64,000 nt of DNA from Lingula anatina (lineage: Eukaryota; Animalia; Brachiopoda): contig CM120645.1 in NCBI GenBank assembly GCA_051362555.1, positions 16,678,001 through 16,742,000 on the forward strand, in the 5' to 3' direction. Positions 1 through 12,800 of the stretch are shown here, in pieces (positions within the stretch are counted from its first letter, which is position 1; every line of letters starts with the position of its first letter). Position numbers and translations under genes: made by a program. Below the pieces are notes generated by a model. The model did no database searches. It was given only the letters and a program-made list of their open reading frames with translations, and had not been told where the DNA came from.

Positions 1-705
1 TTGTGGATGCAAGGTTTTCTTATCACTGTAATTCAAACTCTTACATAAATAACAATGGTTGGAATTATGGTTTTTGAATGTTAGCAAACAGATTCATTGT
101 CGATCAGAAGGTTTGTGCATTAAGTTTAGATTTTCCACACTTGCATAATAAAAAGGATAATCATAATGTCAGTCAGTTTATTTAAGTTCTCTCAAGCACG
201 TCAAAAACATTGATGCTTTACAAAGTAATGGTTATAAAATGAAAAAAAATATGAAATACAAAACAAAAGAAAAATGATAATGAAAAAAAAAGGAAAAAAA
301 CAAACAACAACACTGTTTGACAACTTGTTTTGACTTACAGCCATTGTAAAAACTAGTCCACTGGTACACATGATTTATCCCCTTCATAATTTTTGTTGTA
401 CATACCAATATGTTGTTCCCTCTAGGTACAGAAGAGGTTGTACATGTACTAAGTAAAACATAAAATTGTCAATCATAGGGTGGTCTATTGAAATTGCCTA
501 TAAGGCATATATGACTATTTAGTATAGGATGAAGGAGGTTTAAAGTGACCTATTGATCTCTGGGTAGCTAATCTGAACTGTCCTCATTTGTTCCTATTGA
601 CAGCTGGTTTACATTGATTTTTAGTTGTCATTCTTGTATTGTGGATGGCACATTTTGACACTTTTTTCCTCATTTTTTTTCACACTTGTATTAATTTTTT
701 TGCAG

Positions 706-813
706 GAGTGTATTCTGAGTGGATTGTTCTCAGTCAGTGGGAAGAAAGTCCTTCACATGGACAGGAACTCGTACTATGGAGGAGAGAGTGCTTCCCTGAC
801 TCCACTGAAAGAC
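706..813 (+). CDS. GDI: Rab GDI exon 2 (ECILSG...LTPLKD)
   Basis: ttgcag acceptor, gtaagc donor, 108 nt. Confidence 0.95.
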
Positions 814-3800
814 GTAAGCTGCAAACAGTGTCACACACATACACTTGCATACACACACATGGACGAAAAATGACATTACTAAAAAGTGAAATGACCACCA
901 CTTTTATCTAAAATATAATAATGGTTGCTTAAGGTGTATTACTTTTTCATTAAAAAATGCACACTGAGTCAGCTTTTCCAAGAAACTTGCAAGAGCAACA
1001 ATTACCCCATTCACACACAGCATTTTGAATTGTTATTTGATCTTTATTGTTTTATCAATGTAAAGCCTATAGTGTGAACGCAATAGCATCACCAAGTCGT
1101 GATTCAAAATAATCTACTTCAGTCAGGAGCAGGATTGTGTCATTGTAAAATTTTTACTATGGTATAAAATCTACAGTGGGAATGTTGATTTGTTTAAAGC
1201 ATTGGGCAGTTTCCTGTATTGTCCAGCATGAATGTAGAGACTAAAGCACATGCTCAACAGGACATACCATGCGAGCACCAGTACAGTTACCAGATCTAGC
1301 AAAGGGAATCACGATTTTGTTTTTATGTGTGAGAACGCAAAAATATTAATATAGATAAGCAGGTTAGAATCCCAGTGTTCTTAATCTCGATCACTATGCC
1401 AGAGGGCTAATGATACACTTCCAGGAAATCATGTTGTTGAATAATTTAGACTTAGCTGTGAAATAGACTTTACTTTCGTCATATTTGCCCCAACTTTTCC
1501 TGATAGGGCATAGTAACTGATTGATGAATAAGATTTTTTCTTAAATTAACTTAAGCTGAGTGATTTGTTTTCTTGTTATTTTAGGGGATAATTGACTTCA
1601 GAATTTTTTTCTGTGCATGTGTTAGTGAAGTATAGAATGATGTTATTTTTACAAAAATAACTTGGGAAGTTAAAAATGGATGATTGTTTCAAAGTTAATC
1701 AATTTCCAACAAGAGAAGTTGTTTGATAGTTGACTTTGTCACCAGTGCATTACATTTAAAGTTCCAGATGCTGTTTTCCTGTAGATCTAATTCAAGAGAA
1801 TATAGCCTTTTAGGTGGTAATCCCACGACTAACAAAATCTCATTAGTGCTAGGACTTGAGATATTTTGAATGTAAAAACCTGTGTTAGCCATGTAACTGT
1901 TTTTGATAGTAAATATGATCTATGTCACTCATCTGTGTTTCTTACAATCCATCCATGCAGTTACACAAAATTAAGGCAAGTCTGAATACTAAATTATCTC
2001 AGTTGAATGGAGCAACTGATCCAGCATGATGAGTAATTTATGACCTTGATGAACTTAGTTGAATTGTAGAGTGATATCAGATACAGATTATCACCTAAAT
2101 GGGGTATTGAATCACCAAGTATATTACTCTTGTTGTACAGCTCTGATATGCTGTTATGTGAGAGGTAAAAATCTTTAATCAAAGGCAATAAAACATGCAT
2201 GGCCTTTTATAAATTGATATATAACTGCAAGCAGTATTATTATTATTTCAAAAGTCTTTTGATTAAAAACATCGTGGTCTTTGCTGCATTTTCTATTTAT
2301 TTATTTGTTTGTTTGTTCATTGTTTTTTTTTTAATTATTTTTGCGCCTGAATTGAAACCCATTCCCAATAATGGGAGAGACATAAGCCCTGGCAGTGTTT
2401 TTGTGGTTCACAGTTGATACTTGGGATTAGACTGCTTTAAGTTGTTACTTTCTCAGTGGGACTTGCTTGGATATATATCCACTTCACCTGGCTTGTTAAT
2501 GAAATTATGCCATACTACTGATCTTCTCATATGATCATTTAAATAATCTTTTTTAGACATCTAAAAAATGAGTGACTTAGAGCGCATTCTCAACGAATTA
2601 AGCCAGGCTTTACAAAGCCGGTGACCTATAAATGGCGGACGTACATGAAAGAAAAACCGCCTAATCTTTTAATAGTCTCTCCGCCTCCCCACACGTCGTC
2701 CCTGCGGGGTACAGTAATTAAATCTCGGCTCCGTTCGCCATGCGGAAGCTACCTGAGAAATATTAAGTGCGCATGCTCATCAGTTAAACTCGTGGTGAAG
2801 AAAGCATGGCGGCTGAAGGCGATCGAAGGAAAAAAGCTCTTCTGTTCTATTATCTTTGAAAACAGAGACGAAAAAGGAATAATTTGGCCCGTAGAGCAGC
2901 AATGAATCGACTATCTACGGAGATAATATCACCAGAGATATTCACGGAAATATTAATGTTCGGAGCCGAGATTTAATTACTGTACCCCGCAGGGACGACG
3001 TGTGGGGAGGCGTGTGAGAGGCGGAGAGACTATTAAAAGATTAGGCGGTTTTTCTTTCATGTACGTCCGCCATTTTTAGGTCACCGGCTTTGTAAAGCCT
3101 GGCTTAATTCGTTGAGAATGCGCTCTTAGTAGACAAGTGTATACTTTACCTAGCAATGTAGTAGAAAAAGAAACTGCAGCTATTCAACATTTACGAAGAC
3201 TTGTATTTATAATCCATCAGGAAACCTTGCACGATGGGGGTGATTATTGGCTTATTCAACCATTCCAATGTGGTCTGCTGTACAATCTTCAGACTTTGGC
3301 AAAATTCCAGCTGATAAAATATTGACCCGTCTTTTTTCTTTTTTTCATGAAGATCTATCTAGTCTGTGCCATCTTAATTGATTCTTTCATTGTGTTTTAT
3401 ATGCCATGTGGGAAAGATGCTTGAAAAGAAGAAACTGAATATTCAGATTGTGAAGCTTCAATTACCATGGGAAAGGAGCAGTTTTACTGTTCAAAGATGT
3501 ATAATATATTGTTAATATTTTCAATTGCCATTGAATGAGAAAAATATGCAGTTAAGAACCAAACTGCAAATGTAGTTTGTCTCTAATATGAAATCCAATA
3601 TGCATCAGGAAATTTAATTTATATAAACTCAGGATTTGTGCTGAGGTTGCATCATCAATGACTCACCGTGAACTACAAAATGTAATTTATATGTATACAT
3701 TTATTGACTTTCTGAAGTTCTTGAATGTTTTGACCAAATGAAAACACTCTGATACTGTGCAGTTTACAGCAAAAGCCTCCCTAACTACTGTGTCCAATTA

Positions 3801-6800
3801 TAAGCATTTCTATTGTTTCCAAACCATTTTTGCAGATTTATCTACATTTGCTCTCGTTGTTTAAATGTTCCCCACAACCCATTGCAATAGGACAAATTCA
3901 CTTAGCATTAAAGACTTTAAACACTGCATCACATTACTACTTTACTTCTGTTAAAGATATTTCACTGTTGCTTGGAATATTTTGCAAATTGGGGTGCCTA
4001 GGGATCCAGAAAAACATTAAACCTTCTGCATTTAACTTGGTTCTTTTTTTTAAATTTGATTTCAGTGTTTTAAACACTTTGGTTTTCCTGATCCTCCAGA
4101 GGACTTTGGTGCAGGCAGAGACTGGAATGTGGACTTAATTCCCAAGTTTCTTATGGCCAATGGTAAGTATGGCAACCACACTGGAAACTGGTGAAATATT
4201 TAACAGTCATGGCAAATAAAAATTTTCCAAGCAAAATTGAGATTGATGAAGTTTGTTCACTAAACTTCCCAAATGAAATAATAATTTCCACTCTGACATG
4301 CACATATATTTTAAGTATTGACTGTGTTCCCTTAGTTTATTTATTTGTTATTTTTTGACTACAATTCTAAATGATTTTTTGACAAAGAAAGATAAAATAA
4401 AGTTAAAATAACTAATTTGATTGAGTTTCTGAAAAAAAAACATACATTGAATGAGTTTCTGAAAAAAAAAATTGGACCAGCAATATCTTGGTGTATCCTG
4501 CAAAATTTAGGTTTCAGAAGGTTCTAGGGCAGTTTAAAAATTTGCCTATTTATGAAATGAACCCATAAGGATGTATTAGCCAACCATTGATGGAAAAAAT
4601 TGGAATATAGAAAATGGTGAGCTGAAACCTGTGGCTGAATCTAAGCAATGTTAAATAAACTAGTGCTTTTCCATTGGCATTCGTATGACTGTGTGACACA
4701 CTCGAATACCTTTTGTGTACAGATATTTTGGGGGTAGGAACTCTCTGTCCGTTGTTTGGGTATGTTTAAATGGGTGTGCGTTACAAATGATATTTTTGCA
4801 TATTTTAGGCCAACTTGTCCATTTGCTAATTTATACCAAAGTGACAAGATACCTAGAATTCAAGTCTGTGGAAGGCAGTTTTGTCTACAGGAAGGGCAAG
4901 ATAGACAAGTTACCGTCTACTGAAAAAGAAGGCTTAACCTCTGGTAAGAAGAATGACTTATGCCATATTGAAAAATGCTGCAGGGAGGGGGTATTTTAAT
5001 AGCAGATAAAAAAGTTTGGATGTTAAGGCACTGGGATGAAGCATCATGTGGAAATTAATTTACATTACATTAACGTAGAATTGTTTTATTTTGTTTTCAC
5101 TGAATATTTTGAACCAAGTAATGATAAGATGGCAGTGTGATATACATCAGCCAAAGTTTGTGAGAAAGTTGAATGCTTATTGCAGACCAGGCATTTTATG
5201 AAATACATACAACACCACAGTACAAGTCTCTCAACTTACATTAGTTTAATTTTTATTCCAGGTCTGTTAGGATTATTTCAGAAGAATAAATTGCGCAAGT
5301 TTCTGTCTTTTGTCCATGATTTTGATGCTGACAACCCTGCGACACACAAGATATCAAAAACACATGATGCCACAAAAATTACCATGAAGCAGTTTTATGA
5401 TGAAATTGGTTTGGACGAGAATGCTACAGATCTAATAGGACATGCCATGGCATTATACAGAAATGACAAGTAAGCCAAATCATCCCTCGGGGATATCATT
5501 TTCTAAAAAATGGTGCTGTTATCAGGATGCAGTTATGTAAAGATCTTTTTAAAGCACTTCAAGATAAAGTTTTAAAACTTTATCTTGAAGTGCTTCAGGC
5601 AAGTTTATGATGCACTGACCTTCGTCTGTCGTGACTAATGTTGTCCATGTCACTGTGCACTTATTTGGTGATAATGCAAGTTCAAATATGGGATTTGGAT
5701 AGACCGATTTTGCTAAATTATTATTTTTTTAGCATTGGTGCATCAAATTGACTTTTTTTCTACACTGTAATCATTATTTTCTGCTTTATATCTACATACA
5801 TTTGACAACTTTGCTGCCTTGTATTACATGCACTTGTTTTTAGAATATAACACCTAGTGGTATTTTAATTAAAATTTGTTAATTAAAAAAATAATGATTT
5901 GTCTGTAGTTAAAGCTTGTTCCTTTTCATTTAAGTTTTGTTTAGTTTAATGTCTGTATATATACAAGCTTTGCTGTCTAGCCAGGTTGTACTTCTAGGTA
6001 TTTTGACGCACCCGCAGTGGAGGGAATTGCCAAGGTCAAGCTTTATTTTGAGTCCCTGGCAAAGTATGGCAAATCACCTTACTTGTACCCTCTGTATGGA
6101 CTTGGAGAGTTACCACAAGGTTTTGCAAGGTAATAGAATGTTTTAGTGAAAAAGTAAAATCCGTTGGATCTCTCACTTACCCACAAGTTCAAAAACTAAG
6201 TCAGTAGTGCTGCACTAAGTAGACTGCACATTAATTTAGAATGTTCTTAGAAATAGTTTCAGCTTAAATTAAAGATTTTATTCCATTTCATCCCAGCCCA
6301 GCCCATTTCTATTCTGTATTATTGTACCACCAGCGTTAGCGCTGGCGGTACACATGGTTTCGGTCCCGTCCGGATCGTTCCGCCGGCTCCGCCGGACGGC
6401 TACCGTTACCGCTTCTCCTCCTAGACGGTAAGGGCCCCCGTACCCATCTCATGGATTTAGGTCACCTATAATCTCAACTCGTTCCACGTAAAATTTGGGC
6501 TTTGTCGGTATTGGGGTCTGGGTGTGGCACTCATTGCAATGCACCCTTGTCTAAAAATGGCAAAATTAAATGCTAATTATCTACCCTACGGAAGGAGTTA
6601 TGGGAAAAATTTCTATAGACGGCTTTCCAAAAGTCATATGTGTAGATTTCAAATATATCCTTGGATTTGACCTTTGACCTCTACTTCAAGGTCAAATGGG
6701 CCAAAATTTTCAAAAAAATGAAATTTTTTACGAAAAAATTTTTTTTTGCCCTGTTATTCAGACACCACACAGACTTAACCAATAATATTATTGGAAAGTG

Positions 6801-9800
6801 TTACCCTTCAGGTCATCTTTCATCTCCATGAATTTGGGGTCAATCGGTGCATTTTCACGGGAGTAGCGGCCATAAGATACCGAAACTGAAAACTGTCTCT
6901 AATTCGGGAACCGTTAATGCTAGAGACCCATTTTTTTTTGCATTTTGTAGAGCATGTAAAGCCCAACACTGGAGGTGGTCTCGTTTTTTTTGTATTCCAT
7001 ACGGTTTTCGAGTTACACTGTATCAAAAAGTACATATTGGTGGTAAAAGCAAAATGTGCAGTACGGTAATGGATAATAAATTTTGAACTCTGGAAAAATA
7101 AAACATAAGGCTTGGCAAAGCAGACAACTTGTGTTCAAAAATGACATTATTACATCAAATTTGAACTTCTGAAACTTCAGAGCACCTCCTATTTCAAGAA
7201 TTTTGACCAAAATGACATTTTCTTTATTTTAATTAATTTTTTCTGTACGAAATTTAAGGCACATTATGGTAACTCCAAAATTATACATCTAGTCCCTTAT
7301 ATCTCCAAAACTGGCAGAGATAGGTCCATAGTTACTATTGAACTTGAATAGGAAGTCATATACTGGCAATCTATATGTGACATTAAAATTGACCTTTGAC
7401 CTACTTTTCACCATAAACTGAACTTTGCAAAATTTGCTTCCCTTTTATCTCCAAAACTGGCAGAGATAGGTCCATAGTTACTATTGAACTTGAATAGGAA
7501 GTCATATACTGGCAATCTAAATGTGACCTTAAAATTGACCTTTGACCTACTTTTCACCATAAACTGAACTTTGCAAAATTTGCTTCCCTTTTATCTCCAA
7601 AACTGGCAGAGATAGGTCCATAGTTACTATTGAACTTGAATAGGAAGTCATATACTGGCAATCTAAATGTGACCTTAAAATTGACCTTTGACCTACTTTA
7701 CACCATGAACTGAATTTTGCAAATTTTGCTTTCCTTTTATCTCCAAAACTGGCTGAGATAGGTCCGTAGTTACTATTGAACTTGAATAGGAAGTCATATA
7801 CTGGCAATCTAAATGTGACCTTGAAATTGATCTTTGACCTACTTTTCACCATAAACTGAACTTTGCAAATTTTGATTCCCTTTTATCTCCAAAACTGGCA
7901 GAGATAGGTCCATAGTTACTATTGAACTTAAAAAGGAAGTCATATACTGGCAATCTAAATGTGACCTTAAAATTGACCTTTGACCTACTTTTCACCATAA
8001 ACTGAACTTTGCAAACTTTTCTTCCCTTTTATCTCCAAAACTGGCAGAGATAGGTCCATAGTTACTATTGAACTTGAAAAGGAAGTCATATACTGGCAAT
8101 CTAAATGTGACCTTAAAATTGACCTTTGACCTACTTTACACCATGAACTGAATTTTGCAAATTTTGCTTCCCTTTTATCTCCAAAACTGGCTGAGATAGG
8201 TCCATAGTTACTATTGAACTTGAAAAGGAAGTCATATACTGGCATTATAAATGTGACATTAAAATTGACCTTTGTCCTACTTTTCACCATAAACTGAACT
8301 TTGCAAATTTTGCTTCCCTTTTATCTCCAAAACTGGCAGAGATAGGTCCATAGTTACTATTGAACTTGAATAGAAAGTCATATACTGGCAATCTAAATGT
8401 GACCTTGAAATTGACCTTTGACCTACTTTTCACCATGAACTGAATTTTGCAAATTTTGCTTTCCTTTTATCTCCAAAACTGGCAGAGATAGGTCCGTAGT
8501 TACTATTGAACTTGAATAGGAAGTCATATACTGGCAATCTATATGTGACATTAAAATTGACCTTTGACCTACTTTTCACCATAAACTGAACTTTGCAAAA
8601 TTTGCTTCCCTTTTATCTCCAAAACTGGCAGAGATAGGTCCATAGTTACTATTGAACTTGAATAGGAAGTCATATACTGGCAATCTAAATGTGACCTTAA
8701 AATTGACCTTTGACCTACTTTTCACCATAAACTGAACTTTGCAAAATTTGCTTCCCTTTTATCTCCAAAACTGGCAGAGATAGGTCCATAGTTACTATTG
8801 AACTTGAATAGGAAGTCATATACTGGCATTATAAATGTGACCTTAAAATTGACCTTTGTCCTACTTTTCACCATAAACTGAACTTTGCAAATTTTGCTTC
8901 CCTTATATCTCCAAAACTGGCAGAGATAGGTCCATAGTTACTATTGAACTTGAATAGGAAGTCATATACTGGCAATCTAAATGTGACCTTAAAATTGACC
9001 TTTGACCTACTTTACACCATGAACTGAATTTTGCAAATTTTGCTTCCCTTTTATCTCCAAAACTGGCAGAGATAGGTCCGTAGTTACTATTGAACTTGAA
9101 TAGGAAGTCATATACTGGCAATCTATATGTGACATTAAAATTGACCTTTGACCTACTTTTCACCATAAACTGAATTTTGCAAATTTTGCTTTCCTTTTAT
9201 CTCCAAAACTGGCAGAGATAGGTCCGTAGTTACTATTGAACTTGAATAGGAAATCAATACTGGCAATCTAAATGTGACCTTAAAATTGACCTTTGACCTA
9301 CTTTACACCATGAACTGAATTTTGCAAATTTTGCTTCCCTTTTATCTCCAAAACTGGCTGAGATAGGTCCATAGTTACTATTGAACTTGAAAAGGAAGTC
9401 ATATACTGGCATTATAAATGTGACATTAAAATTGACCTTTGTCCTACTTTTCACCATAAACTGAACTTTGCAAATTTTGCTTCCCTTTTATCTCCAAAAC
9501 TGGCAGAGATAGGTCCATAGTTACTATTGAACTTGAATAGAAAGTCATATACTAGCAATCTAAATGTGACCTTGAAATTGACCTTTGACCTACTTTTCAC
9601 CATGAACTGAATTTTGCAAATTTTGCTTCCCTTTTATCTCCAAAACTGGATTCAAGTCATATACTGGCAATTTACTGTGACCTTGAAATTGACCCTTGAC
9701 CTACCTTACGAAGAATTTAAATTTGATTGTACCATATATATTTTTTGCAATAGTTTAAAAATTCTTGTTGATTGCATTTTTACAGCTTGTCAAGCACAAA

Positions 9801-12800
9801 ACTGGTGGCTGTGTCCCTTATTTTGTGTATGTGGGGGTCTATACGAATGCGCTTGCTCCAGCTGGTGGTACAATATTTGGAGGCGGTATCGCCTCTCTGA
9901 TCCTCTAGTTTTGTGTTGTACTGTTTGAGGATCTTCAGCAGTTAACATGGTGCAGAATTGTCTTGCTTGTGCATGGAATTGCAGGTTTTAGTAAATACTG
10001 TAGGAAGGAATCTGTCAAGCTTTGCAGTTTAGTCTTTCAGAGATGCAAAAACATAACCTTCACTCGTAGGTTGTCCAGCACGTAATTGCCCATCTTGCCA
10101 AACTATTTCCTGCAGACTATTGGTCTCATGAAATAATTTTACTTCATATTAGACATCCTGAAGTTTGTTTATCAATTCTTTTTTTTCTGTCAATCTGCAA
10201 TAAAATATTAACACCAAAATATTGAGACAATACAAATGTTATTTCCCTCGAACCCAGTATAGAACTGTGCAATATAAATATCAAATGGACTCATTCCCAG
10301 GTTGAGTGCAATCTACGGAGGTACATACATGCTGAACAAGGAGATTGATGAAATTGTGATGGAGGATGGCAAAGTGGCTGGGGTCAGATCTGGGGAGGAG
10401 GTGGCGAAATGCAAGATGGTCATTTGTGACCCAACCTACTATAAGGAGGGGTGCAAAAAGGTTGGACAGGTGGTCCGTGCCATCTGTATACTGACAAACC
10501 CAATTCCTAACACTAACGATGCCCCATCGTGCCAGATTATTATTCCACAAAATCAAGTGAACAGACATTCTGGTAAGTTGGGTCATGAATGTGTGAAATA
10601 AATGAATTAGAAAATAAAAAGAATTGAAATTCGAGTTTGCTTGGCTTGTAGAACTTTATTATAATAGTAAAGCTAGTTTCTTTCTAAATATGTATTTAAT
10701 AGGATTTTAATTTATATGAGATGTTCATGCATTTGCAAATGTAGAATTAAACTACTAAAATGTCAGTGGGGTAGAGACTGTAGTTTTATTGTACCACTAC
10801 GGGGAGTTCTGGTGATACCCATGGTTTTAGATACAAGTCACTATTACCTCATCTCCTCATAGACTACTTGGACTGGGAATTTGGTCACATAATCTCAACT
10901 TGAACCCTTATGATTTTGGGCTTCATCAATGCATTAGCATAGTTGTGATACTCTTTGCAATGCACCCTTGTCAAAATTTTTGAAAATTAAACGCCAAATA
11001 TCTCCCAAACCAAAGGAAATGTGGGGAAAATTACTATAGAAATCTTCAAATTTTCAAGCCCTTACATTTCCTAATCAAGTTTTCACTTGACCTGTTGTTT
11101 GGCACCAAATAAAACTGTAAGAACTACAGCTTATTTGTTGACTATTATATTTCAGATATCTATGTGTGCTGTGTATCTTCTACCCATAATGTGTGTTCCA
11201 AGGGACATTACTTGGCCATTGTGAGCACCACAGTAGAGACTGACAACCCAGAAGCAGAACTGAAGGTTGGACTGGACTTGCTAGGCCCTATCAAACAAAA
11301 GTGAGTCACTCTTTGTGAAATAACTTCCAAACCCAAGGGTACATCAGTTGGGGTTAGATCCATGCTGTTTTAAAAAAAGTTGTCTGGCCACTGGTGAGCT
11401 TGACCACAGATGGCCTTTGGTCAGTCGGTATAACTGTCAACAGTTGATACAAAAATGTAGATGTATCCTTACATGTATCTTCAGGCCTAGTAATTGATTT
11501 TATGTTGTGAATTACAAGCCACCCTTTGACTGTGGAAAATAAATCTTATTTTGGACATGTTATGATCAGTATTTTGTAGAAAAATCCTAAGAATTGGTGA
11601 AGGATTATTTAAATACTAGGATATCACATGCTATCTTTTGTAGAAAAAATTTTCTCGACTGTCTCAGTCTGAAATCATTATTTTGTGAAAAAATAGTTGT
11701 GATAATAGATTTATTGCTATCATGAAGTTGTGAATTAAGGCTGTTTTAGAGTGTTCTGAGAGTTGCCAAAACAAAATCTGAATGCTTTTTATGTACAGAC
11801 ACAGATGTGTCTGTACATATTGCCATCACCTGCGTCTGTCGTCGCCGTCGTCGCCGATGCCGATGGCGATGCCGTCGCCGTAAACTTTCACTGTAAACAC
11901 GATAAGTGGAACACAGTTTTATTTTTTGGTTTTATATTTACAGAGCTGATGAATATTCATAAAACGCAGGTCAAGTTCGAAAATCAGCATGATCGGGCCA
12001 TTATTGTAGAAGTTATGCTGTTTTTTCACTTTTCAGCATATATGCAACCCTGTAAACACATTTTAAGGAAAACCGTTAGGCCTGTTGTCATGAAACTCAG
12101 AGAAGTAATCAATCTTTTTAAAACGCAGGTCAAGTCCGAAAATGGGCATGATCGGGCCACTATTTTAGTAGTTATGCTGTTTTTATGTACAGACACAGAT
12201 GTGTCTGTACATATAGCCATCATCTGCGTCTGTCGTCGTCGCCGTCGGTGCCGTCGTCGCCGTCGTCGCCGTCGTGCACTTTTACCGATAACATGATAAG
12301 TGGAAAACCGTTTTTGCTTTTGGCTTGAAACTTACAGAACTGATGAATATTCATAATATGCAGGTCAAGTTCGAAAATCAGCATGATCGGGCCATTTTTA
12401 GGGAAGTTATGCTGTTTTTTCACTTTTTTCAGCATATATGCAGCACCGATAACACGATAAGTGGAAAACCATTTTACTTTTTGGCTTGAAACTTACAAAA
12501 CTGATAAATATTCATAATACGCAGGTCAAGTTCGAAAATCAGCATGATTGGGTCATTTTTAGTGAATTTAGGCTATTTTTTCACTTTTTTTCAGCATTTT
12601 TGCAACACTGATAACACAATAAATGAAGAGCTGTTTTACCCTTTGGCTTGAAACTTACAGAACTGATAAATATTCATAATATGCAGGTCAAGTTCGAAAA
12701 TCAGCATGATCGGGCCATTTTTAGGGAATTTATGCTGTTTTTTCACTTTTTTCAGTATATATGCAACACTGATAACACAATATAAGAAAAACAGATTGGC

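Noticed and set aside
7547-9457. Repeated minus-strand ORFs (MVKSR...) and a CRISPR-like look of the array
   Set aside because: These are translations of the 146-bp satellite. There are no unique spacers or cas genes, and the context is a eukaryotic intron.
10301-10572. GDI exon corresponding to two vertebrate exons
   Set aside because: Single intron gain/loss differences are commonplace
11763-12435. 177-aa ORF and related [11 protein letters not shown] ORFs (also at 17035, 30044, 30962)
   Set aside because: Chance reading frames through HINE-A termini and repeats; no Rep, helicase or transposase motifs
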